Shown: positions 36,639 through 45,298 of the stretch, piece by piece
Numbering within the stretch: position 1 is the first letter of the stretch
Layout: each line of letters begins with the position of its first letter
NCBI GenBank assembly: GCA_964556255.1
Contig: CAZKVQ010000001.1
Location: forward strand, 48,294-112,293
DNA from: an uncultured Actinomycetes bacterium
GTDB lineage: Bacteria; Actinomycetota; Actinomycetes; S36-B12; UBA10799
Reading direction: 5' to 3'
DNA: 64,000 nt
Position numbers and translations under genes: made by a program
The notes under the pieces: generated by a model
The model's database searches: none
What the model saw: only the letters and a program-made list of their open reading frames with translations
What the model was told of the DNA's origin: nothing

Positions 36639-37568
36639 ATGACGTCGAATCAGGGGGCGCCTGCGCCCACGGCTGAAGCGAAGGACGACCAAACCAGCAC
36701 CGGGGACGCCTCACCGAACCGGCGCGGTGTCTGGAAGTTCGTGATCCCGGTGGCGATCATCCTGGTGATCGCATACGTGGCCGGTATCTTCGCATTCAAG
36801 TCCAGCGATGGCAGTTTCACGATAAGTGGCGACGACACCCAAGTTCAGAGCGGAATTCAAGTCACCGCCAGCATGGTCGCCATCGAGCCAGCTTCGGAAC
36901 AGTTGTCGGTTCGGCTTCAATTCACCCCCGTGGGGGATTTCGCCGACCAGAACGGCGATCTGGCAAAGAACGTCACCATCTTCGTGAACGCGTATTCAGG
37001 CAAGACGTCCATCGATCTCCCCAAGGGCAAGCCCGCCGCGCCGGAGCAGATCAAGTTGTATTCGGCGGGCAACTGGTCGCAATACCCCCTCGATACCTAC
37101 GAGGGCACGATGTACGTCGACGCGACCACCGGGCCGAACAATTCCGAGTCCGTGCCCGTCTCGATAGAGGCAGCCTCAGGTTTGGCCGGTTGGTCGATGA
37201 AGGTGACCAAGCCGGACACTCTCGGACCAACCGATGTGCCGTCGGCGACGTTCACCCTTAGCCGTCCCTTCGTGACAAAGGCATATGCCGGCATCGTCCT
37301 GTTCCTGTTCATACTCATCGCCCTCGTTGCGATCTTCGTAGCGATCGCCGTCGGCGGCATGCGGCGGCGGATCGAACCCGCCTTACTCGGGTGGGGAGCA
37401 GCCCTGCTCTTCGCTGTCCCGGCGCTACGAAACGCGATGCCGGGAGCACCGCCGATCGGCGCCTGGATCGACGTGCTGGTCTTCTTGTGGGTGATCGTGC
37501 TGATCATCATCGCCTACCTGGTGGTCGTCGCCACCTGGATCAGGAAGTCGCCACCACCTCAGAAGTAG
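36639..37568 (+). CDS. Membrane protein, DUF4436-like topology
   Basis: An N-terminal TM, a beta-rich ectodomain of about 180 aa, and 3 C-terminal TM segments. The family assignment is from memory. Confidence 0.5.
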   Translation: MTSNQGAPAPTAEAKDDQTSTGDASPNRRGVWKFVIPVAIILVIAYVAGIFAFKSSDGSFTISGDDTQVQSGIQVTASMVAIEPASEQLSVRLQFTPVGDFADQNGDLAKNVTIFVNAYSGKTSIDLPKGKPAAPEQIKLYSAGNWSQYPLDTYEGTMYVDATTGPNNSESVPVSIEAASGLAGWSMKVTKPDTLGPTDVPSATFTLSRPFVTKAYAGIVLFLFILIALVAIFVAIAVGGMRRRIEPALLGWGAALLFAVPALRNAMPGAPPIGAWIDVLVFLWVIVLIIIAYLVVVATWIRKSPPPQK

Positions 37569-37650
37569 CCTCGGGTACGACTGTTGGCGCTCGCCAATGC
37601 GGGGTGCTCGTGCCGGCGGGCATCTGGGGCGACACGCGTTGACCGAACGC

Positions 37651-39036
37651 TCAGGCGGGCGACGGCCCTGCAGGAGTCGCGGCGGTTGACGATCCCGTGG
37701 GCTCGGCATCGATCTCGGCCAGAGCCTCGCGGGAACGACCGTCGAGCGCGACGGCTGTCACCAACCCGATGACCGACGCGAGCATCACAACGGGGATCTG
37801 ACTGGTTCCCTCGTTGCCCAACAGCAACACCACCAACACCATCGAGGTCACCGGCAGCCGCAGGGTCGCCGTCGTGGCTGCCGACATCCCGATGGCGATA
37901 CCAGCGGTGATACCGAGTCCCGGCAGCGGTCCCACAAGGATTCCGATCGCAGCCCCGAGGAAGATCGCGGGGAAGGTCGGGCCGCCACGGAAAGAACCCA
38001 GCGAGATGCCGTACGCGAGACCCTTGAAGACCAGCAAACAGACGATTGCCACCACCGGCCACGACTCCGGAGACGACACCAGTCTGGGCAACGCGGACTC
38101 ACCCGACTGCAGGACATCCAGCGGTGATCGGTCGGTGATGAGCACGTACGCCACCGCGCACAGGCTGACGAGCAGACCGGCGACTGCCGTCCGCAGTACG
38201 GTCTGGTTCCGGGTGAACTTGGTCGCTTGGATGCCCACCCGACGCACCAGTGAAGCGCCGACGGCGCAGAGGATTGCGATCGGCACGGTCCAGAGCAGAT
38301 CCGCGAAGTCGATATTGGCCAATGGCAACCCGGGGATCGTCAGGGTCGGAACATTGATGCCGGTCCAGGATCCGAGTCCGGTAAACATCAACGCCGCCAG
38401 GCCGGCGGAGGCGGCGCACGGTAGCAACACCAACAGAACCTGTGCGCCGGCGAGACCCACCACCTCCAGCATGAGGACCACGGCTACCAACGGATTGCCG
38501 AAGACTGTCGCAACGGCAGCGGCCGAACCCGCAGCGGCGAGCAGGGTCAGGGCCTGCGGCGAGTTCCGCAGTTTCGTCCTATCCAACGCCAGCAACATCA
38601 GGCCGCCACCCAAGGCGATGAGCGGCGACTCGGGACCCAGCACCACACCCAGCGCAAGCCCTCCGACGGCCGCAAGGATCACGCCTGGCAGTTGTACCGG
38701 CACCGTGGAATCCCCACCGAAGCCCTTCACCGGCAGATGCCCACCTCGACCCGGGAGGTAGACGATGACCAGTCCCACGACGAGGCCGGCGACCACAAGC
38801 ACCAGCACCGTGTACCAGAGTTGCGGATCTTCCCACCCCAACTGTCGGGGCACCGTCTCCCAGAGGTAGTTCTCAAGCCAGGTGAGTGCCGCCAGGAAGA
38901 AGAAGGCGCATACTGCAACCGGCAGACCCAGGAGGGCCGCGACTAGCAGCAGGGCGTGGTACCCGCGACTCGTGATGATGCCGACCAGATCTTGCGGCGA
39001 CTTCGCCGCGTCGTCCGTGCTGGCGCTCGCGCTCAT
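37651..39036 (-). CDS. ClC family voltage-gated chloride channel/antiporter
   Basis: Selectivity-filter-like motifs GPESPLIALG and GGPTFPAIFLGAA, with about 10-11 TM segments. Confidence 0.85.
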   Translation of the reverse strand: MSASASTDDAAKSPQDLVGIITSRGYHALLLVAALLGLPVAVCAFFFLAALTWLENYLWETVPRQLGWEDPQLWYTVLVLVVAGLVVGLVIVYLPGRGGHLPVKGFGGDSTVPVQLPGVILAAVGGLALGVVLGPESPLIALGGGLMLLALDRTKLRNSPQALTLLAAAGSAAAVATVFGNPLVAVVLMLEVVGLAGAQVLLVLLPCAASAGLAALMFTGLGSWTGINVPTLTIPGLPLANIDFADLLWTVPIAILCAVGASLVRRVGIQATKFTRNQTVLRTAVAGLLVSLCAVAYVLITDRSPLDVLQSGESALPRLVSSPESWPVVAIVCLLVFKGLAYGISLGSFRGGPTFPAIFLGAAIGILVGPLPGLGITAGIAIGMSAATTATLRLPVTSMVLVVLLLGNEGTSQIPVVMLASVIGLVTAVALDGRSREALAEIDAEPTGSSTAATPAGPSPA

Positions 39037-39220
39037 GATGCTCCTGTCTGGAGACTCGTGCGGCCGGCAGACGCACCGGCGACCATGCTCCGCACTATTT
39101 GGGCATCAACCATAGCCAGTCTCCTCGGATACCTGGGCGGTTCGCCTCCGACCGGAAACCTTGTGGACAGCAGAACTGATGTCGGCGGACTATCTTGGCC
39201 AACCAGACGAAGGAGGAGCG

Positions 39221-40879
39221 ATGATGATCTTCGCCGCAATCCTCGTGATCGCGACCCTGATCGCGATGGCCTCCGGTCGAGTGCCGCCGGTGCTGGCCTT
39301 GGGATGTGCCATTGCCATTGCGGCCATCACGGGTGTTGCACCGGTCAACGAACTCTTCTCGGGTCTGAGCAACGGCGGGGTCATCACAGTCGCGGGGATG
39401 CTCGTGGTGGCTCAGGGGGTCATCTTCACCGGGGTCGTGTCGCGGCTCACCTGGCGTCTACTTGCCACGGTCACCACGGCGCAACAGGCTCTGCGCCGAC
39501 TCATTGCTCCCATCGGGATCCTGTCGGCGACCATCAACACGACTCCCATCGTGGCGATGCTGATTCCCGCCTCGCAGGAACTACAACAGACCCGGGGCAT
39601 CCCCACCAGGCAAGTGCTGCTGCCTTTCGCCCACGCCACCACGCTGGCCGGCTCAGTGACGTTGATCGGCACAAGTTCCAACCTGCTGATCGCCGGCATC
39701 GCCTCATCGGCCGGGATCGGCATCGGGCTCTTCTCCTTCGCACCCATCGCGCTGCCCGTATGTCTCATCGGTTGGCTTGTCCTGATGTTCACCGCCCCCA
39801 GAATGTTCAAGGCGGGGGATGCGGCGGAGCCTGCCACCAAGCGCTGGCGCGCGGAGATCAAGGTGGCGGACGGTGCCAACGCGATCGGCCGTACCGCTGC
39901 GACGCTGGGGATCGAGAGCACCCAGGAGTTCCAACTCATCGCCGTCCACCGACACCACGACGACCTCAGTCCCGCGTCGACGATCGAAGCGGGTGACACC
40001 CTGGTGTTTGAGGCCACCAAGGATGGGGTCACAGCCCTGTGGGGAAGCCCGCGTTTCGGCCTTTCCGCCCAGCGCCTCTTCGCCGCCTCGATAGCCAATG
40101 GCTACCACGGCACGGTGCGAGAACTTGGCGCTGACGGTGACCTCACGGTCATCGCGGCGCGGACCGATCGACCTCTGCGGGACACTCCGGCCTCGGCAGG
40201 AGAGACCTGCTTCGTCACCGCTGACAACCCCGACGCCTTGGCCGACAGCTCCTCGGTGTCGCTCTGGCAGAACGCAGCGGGCAAAGCGCCTCAACCGGCT
40301 AAGACCCGCACAGCTCTGGCAATTCTGCTCGCCGTGATCATCGCCGCTGGTTTCGGATTGGCACCAGTGGAGGTCGTTGCCTTCACCGGTGCGCTGTTGA
40401 TGGTGGTCACCCGCGTCCTGACGGCGCGACAGGCAGTCAAAGCCCTCGACTGGAACGTCCTGTTCATCTTGGCGGGCTCTGTCGGGCTCGGCGCCATCGT
40501 GGTGAGTAGCGGCCTGGCGACCAAAATCGCCGACGCGATTTCCTACCTCGGCGCGGGCAGCCTGCCGCTGGTCGTCATCGTGATCGCTGTCGTCACCGCG
40601 GCCCTCACCAACGTAACCACGAACGCCGCGGCCGCCTCGATCCTCACCCCGGTGACCATCGGGATCGCCGACGAGATGGGCCTCTCCCCGGTGATGCTGC
40701 TGGCGTTGGTCGCCACGTGCATCTCGTTCACGTTCCTCAATCCGTTCAGCCACCAGTCGAACCTCATGGTTCTCGGACCGGGGGGCTACTCCAACGCTTC
40801 GTTCGTTCGATTCGGCATCCCGCTGTTCGTAGTCTCCTTGATCAGCGTGTGTGGTATCGCCTATCTCCTGCTGCGTTAG
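39221..40879 (+). CDS. SLC13/DASS-type permease with two central TrkA_C domains
   Basis: An AGGAGG RBS precedes the ATG at 39221. Two membrane halves flank two TrkA_C-like repeats (IGRTAATLGI...GDTLVFEAT and TVRELGADGDLTVIAA...GETCFVTA). Confidence 0.8.
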   Translation: MMIFAAILVIATLIAMASGRVPPVLALGCAIAIAAITGVAPVNELFSGLSNGGVITVAGMLVVAQGVIFTGVVSRLTWRLLATVTTAQQALRRLIAPIGILSATINTTPIVAMLIPASQELQQTRGIPTRQVLLPFAHATTLAGSVTLIGTSSNLLIAGIASSAGIGIGLFSFAPIALPVCLIGWLVLMFTAPRMFKAGDAAEPATKRWRAEIKVADGANAIGRTAATLGIESTQEFQLIAVHRHHDDLSPASTIEAGDTLVFEATKDGVTALWGSPRFGLSAQRLFAASIANGYHGTVRELGADGDLTVIAARTDRPLRDTPASAGETCFVTADNPDALADSSSVSLWQNAAGKAPQPAKTRTALAILLAVIIAAGFGLAPVEVVAFTGALLMVVTRVLTARQAVKALDWNVLFILAGSVGLGAIVVSSGLATKIADAISYLGAGSLPLVVIVIAVVTAALTNVTTNAAAASILTPVTIGIADEMGLSPVMLLALVATCISFTFLNPFSHQSNLMVLGPGGYSNASFVRFGIPLFVVSLISVCGIAYLLLR

Positions 40880-40896
40880 ACCAGAGTGCCCGGCAG

Positions 40897-41466
40897 TTAC
40901 GAAGGTCCGTTTCGCAGTTCGCGATACGGCGCCATGCCGTACTCGGACTCCATGATGATGATGATCGCGATGCCCGGAACCAGCGCAAACACGAAGTTGT
41001 TGATCGTCACGATTTGGCTGAAGTAGGCCAGATTGACCGTCGGCTCGAGAATCGCCACGATTGGCGCCAGGATCGCGACGGTCACCGCCGTGGCAGCGAT
41101 TGCGGAGGCGAGGAATTGGCCCAGTCCACGCCAGTCGGACAGCGTGATGCGTGTCTTGACCAGTCGGTTCCAGACAATGCAGTAGACGTAGACAGCTGCG
41201 AAGTTCGCGAGGAAACCGCCGATACTGGCCCACCCGAGGTTGCCGGCGACCGCATCGCTGATGGTGTTTCCGACTGCGAACGCCCAGGCGCCGGCGGGTC
41301 CGAAGAAGATGCCGTAGACGGGCATGAGCATGTTCACCGGCCTGATGTCCGTCAGCCCTTCGATGAAGGCGAGCGAGCGGAACGGCACCGCGATAGCCAG
41401 GTAGATGACAAGCAGGACGAGGAACACCCGCGCGGCGGACCTGGACCGCAGAGACCGCCCGCTCAT
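40897..41466 (-). CDS. Membrane protein, QueT / ECF S-component-like
   Basis: Five to six TM segments, with IRPVNMLMPVYGIFFGPAGAWAFAVGNTISD resembling QueT-type substrate-capture proteins. Its start overlaps the EamA stop (ATGA). Confidence 0.45.
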   Translation of the reverse strand: MSGRSLRSRSAARVFLVLLVIYLAIAVPFRSLAFIEGLTDIRPVNMLMPVYGIFFGPAGAWAFAVGNTISDAVAGNLGWASIGGFLANFAAVYVYCIVWNRLVKTRITLSDWRGLGQFLASAIAATAVTVAILAPIVAILEPTVNLAYFSQIVTINNFVFALVPGIAIIIIMESEYGMAPYRELRNGPS

Positions 41467-42374
41467 CCGGCAGCCCTGGAGAAGGAGGCGCGGAAAGATG
41501 CCACAAGGTCGACCTCGGCCACGATCACGCCTAGGCATGTCAACAGGCAACCCGCCAGAACCGCGAGCGTGAGGTGGATCCGATCGACCAGTAGGTGCGG
41601 AAGAACCGCCCCGAGAAGCACGGCGAAGGTCACTTCCAGGGAGTAGATCACCGCGACACTCTGCGCACTCGCGTACGGCTGCGCCAAGAAGCTGGTCGCC
41701 GTGAAGATGCTGAACACGAAGAGCGCGTACATCACCAACGTGGCCCAGAAGCTCGCCGAGTAGTCCATTCCCGTGATCGAGCCGGGATCGGTGACGGTCC
41801 AACCGACGAAGCCCAGCACCGACGCGCCCGCGAGCAGGTACACGGCCATCTGGGCGGGGTCATGGGTCTTGGACATGTCGTTCACGCCGACCATGTACAC
41901 GCTTCGAACCGCGGCTGCGCCCAGCAGGACGACCGTCGGCACCCAGGCCATTGACCCAGGTCTGATTTGCACCGCGAGCGCCAGCCCGAGCAGGATGACG
42001 GCGATCCCCACCCAGGTGCGGCCAGGCACTGGTCGGCGCTTCACAACCAGCACAACCGGCACCCCGACTACACACAGGGCCAGCAGAAAGGCACTGGTGG
42101 ACAAGTCCACCTGCCTCGCTCCCCAGAAGCCCAGTGCACTGGCGACCAGGTCGAGCACCGCGAGATAGCCCAACTTCGACAGCGAGGCCCTGCTGGGCCT
42201 CACGCGCCAACGGGACCAGAAGACGATGCCCAGGCATACCGCGGCCAGCCCGCTGGTCATGGCGACAACTCCCATGACGGACACATCGAGGTCGAATCGT
42301 TTGAGCAGGGTGGGCTCGAGTGCCCAACAGAGGGTGGCGGTGAGAAGGCAGAGGTTGGCTTGGAACCGATTCAT
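41463..42374 (-). CDS. EamA/DMT family transporter
   Basis: Ten TM segments in two EamA-like halves. N-terminus NLCLLTATLCWALEPTLLK. Confidence 0.75.
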   Translation of the reverse strand: MNRFQANLCLLTATLCWALEPTLLKRFDLDVSVMGVVAMTSGLAAVCLGIVFWSRWRVRPSRASLSKLGYLAVLDLVASALGFWGARQVDLSTSAFLLALCVVGVPVVLVVKRRPVPGRTWVGIAVILLGLALAVQIRPGSMAWVPTVVLLGAAAVRSVYMVGVNDMSKTHDPAQMAVYLLAGASVLGFVGWTVTDPGSITGMDYSASFWATLVMYALFVFSIFTATSFLAQPYASAQSVAVIYSLEVTFAVLLGAVLPHLLVDRIHLTLAVLAGCLLTCLGVIVAEVDLVASFRASFSRAAG

Positions 42375-42466
42375 CGCTTCATCGCCTCCCGCTTCATCTG
42401 CGTTGCCGCGCGCGGTGGTCCTCCCTGCCGCGAACGTAGCAGCAGGGGCCTCGCGGATTCTCAGTC

Positions 42467-43207
42467 CTACGCGGCTGGCGTGATCGAACCACCGTCAGCC
42501 AATCGCGGGTGGCGCACTCCCGGGTGGTCCGCGGGCAGTGTCCGACGAATGACCGCCCACGAAGCCGCGATCACGACGATGACCATCGGCCAGCCAAGTA
42601 CCACGCGGGAGACACCCAGGCCCACAAGATTGTCACTCAGATAGAGAGGGGTGTTGACGGCCGCGCGCACCAGGAATGATGCAACCCAGATCCATGACGC
42701 CCGTGAATATGCCCTCATCAGGTCGGGGTCGGCCCGCCAACCGGTGCGTTGCCGCATGGCGAACCCCAAGATCACCCCGAGCAGTGGCCACGCGATGAGG
42801 ATCGACGCAGCCCACACCAAGGCTGATGCGATGTTGGCCAACAGGCTCGGCAAGAAGTAGTCCGAGGCCTCTCCGGTGCGAGCCGCGACGACCGCTGCGA
42901 ATGCCACGGCAGCCAGCCCGCCCACCACGCGGACGGGTCTCTCCCGTCGCCATACCCGAGCGACTGCCAACGCACCGGCCGTTCCGAGCGCGGCCAGCAG
43001 GCCAGTTCCGAGTTCGGACCCGGTGGACAGATAGACAGAGACAAATACGATGCTCGGCAACGCCGACTCGACGGCACCACGTCGACCTCCGAGGATCTCG
43101 TGCAGCGGATTCGTTCCGTTTTCGGGCTTCGCTGACGACGCCACGGACAACGCTGCCGGCAGCGACTCATCGTCACCGGCTAACGTCCGCTCGGACTCCG
43201 CGCCCAC
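42467..43207 (-). CDS. DUF3159-like membrane protein
   Basis: GGRRGAVESALPSIVFVSVY N-region and 5-6 TM segments. The family assignment is from memory. Confidence 0.6.
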   Translation of the reverse strand: MGAESERTLAGDDESLPAALSVASSAKPENGTNPLHEILGGRRGAVESALPSIVFVSVYLSTGSELGTGLLAALGTAGALAVARVWRRERPVRVVGGLAAVAFAAVVAARTGEASDYFLPSLLANIASALVWAASILIAWPLLGVILGFAMRQRTGWRADPDLMRAYSRASWIWVASFLVRAAVNTPLYLSDNLVGLGVSRVVLGWPMVIVVIAASWAVIRRTLPADHPGVRHPRLADGGSITPAA

Positions 43208-43301
43208 CCATCCAGCATGTCAGAGCGCGCCTCTCGACTGCGACGTCGACGTGTGGTCACCGACGCGGGGGACAGTGCGCCGGGTCACCCGCCTCGCTGA
43301 C

Positions 43302-43338
43302 TATGCTTCCGTTTCGAAATACTTGCTTCGGAAGCATA
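43302..43338. promoter_or_regulatory. Perfect 10-bp inverted repeat in an AT-rich patch (candidate MarR operator)
   Basis: TATGCTTCCG (43302-43311) pairs with CGGAAGCATA (43329-43338). The inner palindrome TTTCGAAA lies at 43312-43319, 64 bp upstream of the ATG at 43402. Confidence 0.5.
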
Positions 43339-43401
43339 TTATCTGTCATGCTTGACCCCCGATCGAGGCAACCCGCCACGACAGGCAGAATGAGGTCCGA
43401 C

Positions 43402-43674
43402 ATGAGCGCAACCCTGGCCGTACGGCACACCGTTAACGACTACTCCACTTGGCGCGTCGTCTACGACGGACTTGAGCCCTTGCGTCAGCAGCACGGCTGC
43501 ACCGGAGACATGGTTCTTGTGGCGCCTGACAACGCCAATGACGTCTTCATCACGCACGACTTCCCTTCTTTCGAGGCCGCCGATGCTTTCGCGCATGACC
43601 CCGCGCTGCGCGAGGGCATGGAGCGCGCCGGCGTCACAGGCGCCCCGAGAATCGAGATATTCACGAGTGTCTGA
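43402..43674 (+). CDS. Small ABM/'cyclase'-like ferredoxin-fold protein (90 aa)
   Basis: The pattern LAVRHTVNDYSTWRVVYDG...FITHDFPSFEAADAFAHDPALREGMERAGV matches small actinobacterial dimeric alpha-beta-barrel proteins. Confidence 0.55.
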   Translation: MSATLAVRHTVNDYSTWRVVYDGLEPLRQQHGCTGDMVLVAPDNANDVFITHDFPSFEAADAFAHDPALREGMERAGVTGAPRIEIFTSV

Positions 43675-43747
43675 TAGTCCGCAGCCGCGTGGGACGGGGA
43701 GAACAGGCGTCGTTCGCCCCTCCCCGGCCAGTCGCGGCGTTGTTCGG

Positions 43748-44278
43748 GTGGGCCACGACTTCTCCGCCGAGTTCCCTGATGGCGATGCCCGGAGTACCGA
43801 GGCCTACGCGACTCTGGCTCGAACCGGTACGGCAATGCTCTACGAACTCGACAGATGTGTGCAGGCCTGGTTCGGCGTTCCCCAAACGGCGGCCACGGTC
43901 CTGGCCGTGGTAGAGGGCGCCGAGAGTCCGCTCACCCCTTCTCAGATCACCGAGCGGGTGCTGGCGCCCGCAGCATCCATGACGGCCACCCTCGACCTGC
44001 TGGAGCGACGCGGCTGGATCGAACGGCGGCCCAACCCGCAAGACCGCAGAAGCCTGCTGATCGCCATCACCCCCGCCGGTCAGGACGCGGTCGACAGACT
44101 CCTGCCGGGAATACGCGCCCTTGAGCGTGCGACCCTGGATGCCCTCACGAGCAAGGAACGCGATCAGTTGATGGGCATGCTCGACAGAATCCTTTCGCGG
44201 GCCGCCGAGATTTCGGCGGCCGAGCCGACGCCGCTCGGCGGTAGGCGTAACCGGCCAGATAGGTCCCACACGAGCTGA
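43748..44278 (+). CDS. MarR family transcriptional regulator
   Basis: Winged HTH LTPSQITERVLAPAASMTATLDLLERRGWIERRPNPQDRRSLLIAITPAG. The start is uncertain (I chose the GTG at 43748). Confidence 0.75.
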   Translation: MGHDFSAEFPDGDARSTEAYATLARTGTAMLYELDRCVQAWFGVPQTAATVLAVVEGAESPLTPSQITERVLAPAASMTATLDLLERRGWIERRPNPQDRRSLLIAITPAGQDAVDRLLPGIRALERATLDALTSKERDQLMGMLDRILSRAAEISAAEPTPLGGRRNRPDRSHTS

Positions 44279-44329
44279 CCCGGCCGGTGAGACAGCCACG
44301 GGGCGGGAAGTCTTGGATACGCTGCGCAC

Positions 44330-44536
44330 ATGAAGACTGTTGTCCAGATGTGGATTTGGGGCTTCGCTGCCGGGGTCTTCCTGATGACGGCCATCAACGG
44401 CCTCGGAGGCGTCCTCAATGGTGGGGGTGCCTTGGCCTGGATCGAGTTGATCGGCGGCGTCGTTGTCGTCGTCGCCTCCATCGCGATCCTGCTCCGGGTC
44501 CGCAGCGCCAAGGCACAGACCCTCAACGACCAGTAG
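44330..44536 (+). CDS. Small 2-TM membrane protein (68 aa)
   Basis: Two hydrophobic helices (WIWGFAAGVFLMTAINGL and LIGGVVVVVASIAILL). It lies directly upstream of the RR/HK pair. Confidence 0.4.
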   Translation: MKTVVQMWIWGFAAGVFLMTAINGLGGVLNGGGALAWIELIGGVVVVVASIAILLRVRSAKAQTLNDQ

Positions 44537-44644
44537 CGGCCACGGAGGGGGTGACGCCGAGCGTAAGCAACTCCCCACTCGCACCGGGACGCTGGACAGC
44601 AGCACTGCTCGCGAACCACCTCTGGAGATCCGTATCGTGGACGT

Positions 44645-45298
44645 GTGGTAAGCACAGACCCAAGACGCCTGCTGATCGTCGAAGACGACAGCTTGACCTC
44701 GTCGCTACTCCAGGAGGTCCTCACCGCCGCTGGATTTCAGGTCGGGGCGGTCGCATCGGCACGAGAGGCCCGCCAAGAGCTCGACGCATTTGACCCCGAT
44801 GCTGTGCTGCTCGACATCATGCTTGGCGACGGACCTAGTGGAATCTCTCTGGGCCACCTGGTCGTGCGCGAGTACCCCGGTGTGGCGGTGCTGTTCCTCA
44901 CGCGGTTCCCGAACGCCGGTGCAGCCGGCCTGTCGGACCTGGAAGTCCCGCCGGGATGCGCCTTCCTGCGCAAGGACCGAATAGCCGACGTGGGCTACCT
45001 TGTGGACGCGATCGAAGGAACCCTCCGAGACCATCCCGAGCGGTTCCGGCAGGACCTTTCGGAGGACAGTCTCCTGCGTGCCCTGACCCCGAACCAGCGG
45101 GCAGTGCTGAGGATGATGGCTCAGGGACTGACCAACGCGGCCATCGCCAGGCGGCGGGGTACCAGTGAGTCGGCGGTAGAACAAATGCTGGCGAGCATTT
45201 TCCGCAACCTCTCGCTTGAGCATGACGGTGACTCCAATGCCCGGGTGCAAGCGACCCGCATCTACATCTCCGCCTGCGGACTGCCCGAGGATCCGTGA
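44645..45298 (+). CDS. Response regulator, NarL/LuxR family
   Basis: REC domain (LLIVEDD and the phospho-acceptor context AVLLDIMLGDG) plus a LuxR HTH (LTPNQRAVLRMMAQGLTNAAIARRRGTSESAVEQ). Confidence 0.85.
   Translation: MVSTDPRRLLIVEDDSLTSSLLQEVLTAAGFQVGAVASAREARQELDAFDPDAVLLDIMLGDGPSGISLGHLVVREYPGVAVLFLTRFPNAGAAGLSDLEVPPGCAFLRKDRIADVGYLVDAIEGTLRDHPERFRQDLSEDSLLRALTPNQRAVLRMMAQGLTNAAIARRRGTSESAVEQMLASIFRNLSLEHDGDSNARVQATRIYISACGLPEDP

Noticed and set aside
39037-39160. Possible fluoride (crcB-motif) riboswitch upstream of the ClC gene, suggested by the words AACCGCC and GUUGAUGCCC on the minus strand.
   Set aside because: The P1 element GGCGAUG...CGCC with its 8-nt pseudoknot loop is absent. 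Here GGCG-AAC-CGCC leaves a 3-nt loop, and the spacing does not fit the roughly 50-nt aptamer. A cmsearch with RF01734 would settle it.
42375-42466. preQ1 riboswitch upstream of the EamA/QueT-like operon.
   Set aside because: No preQ1-I or preQ1-II consensus is visible (no A-rich tail, no CCCUC/UAAAAAACUA-type elements). The only structure is a GC hairpin better explained as the terminator of the upstream gene.
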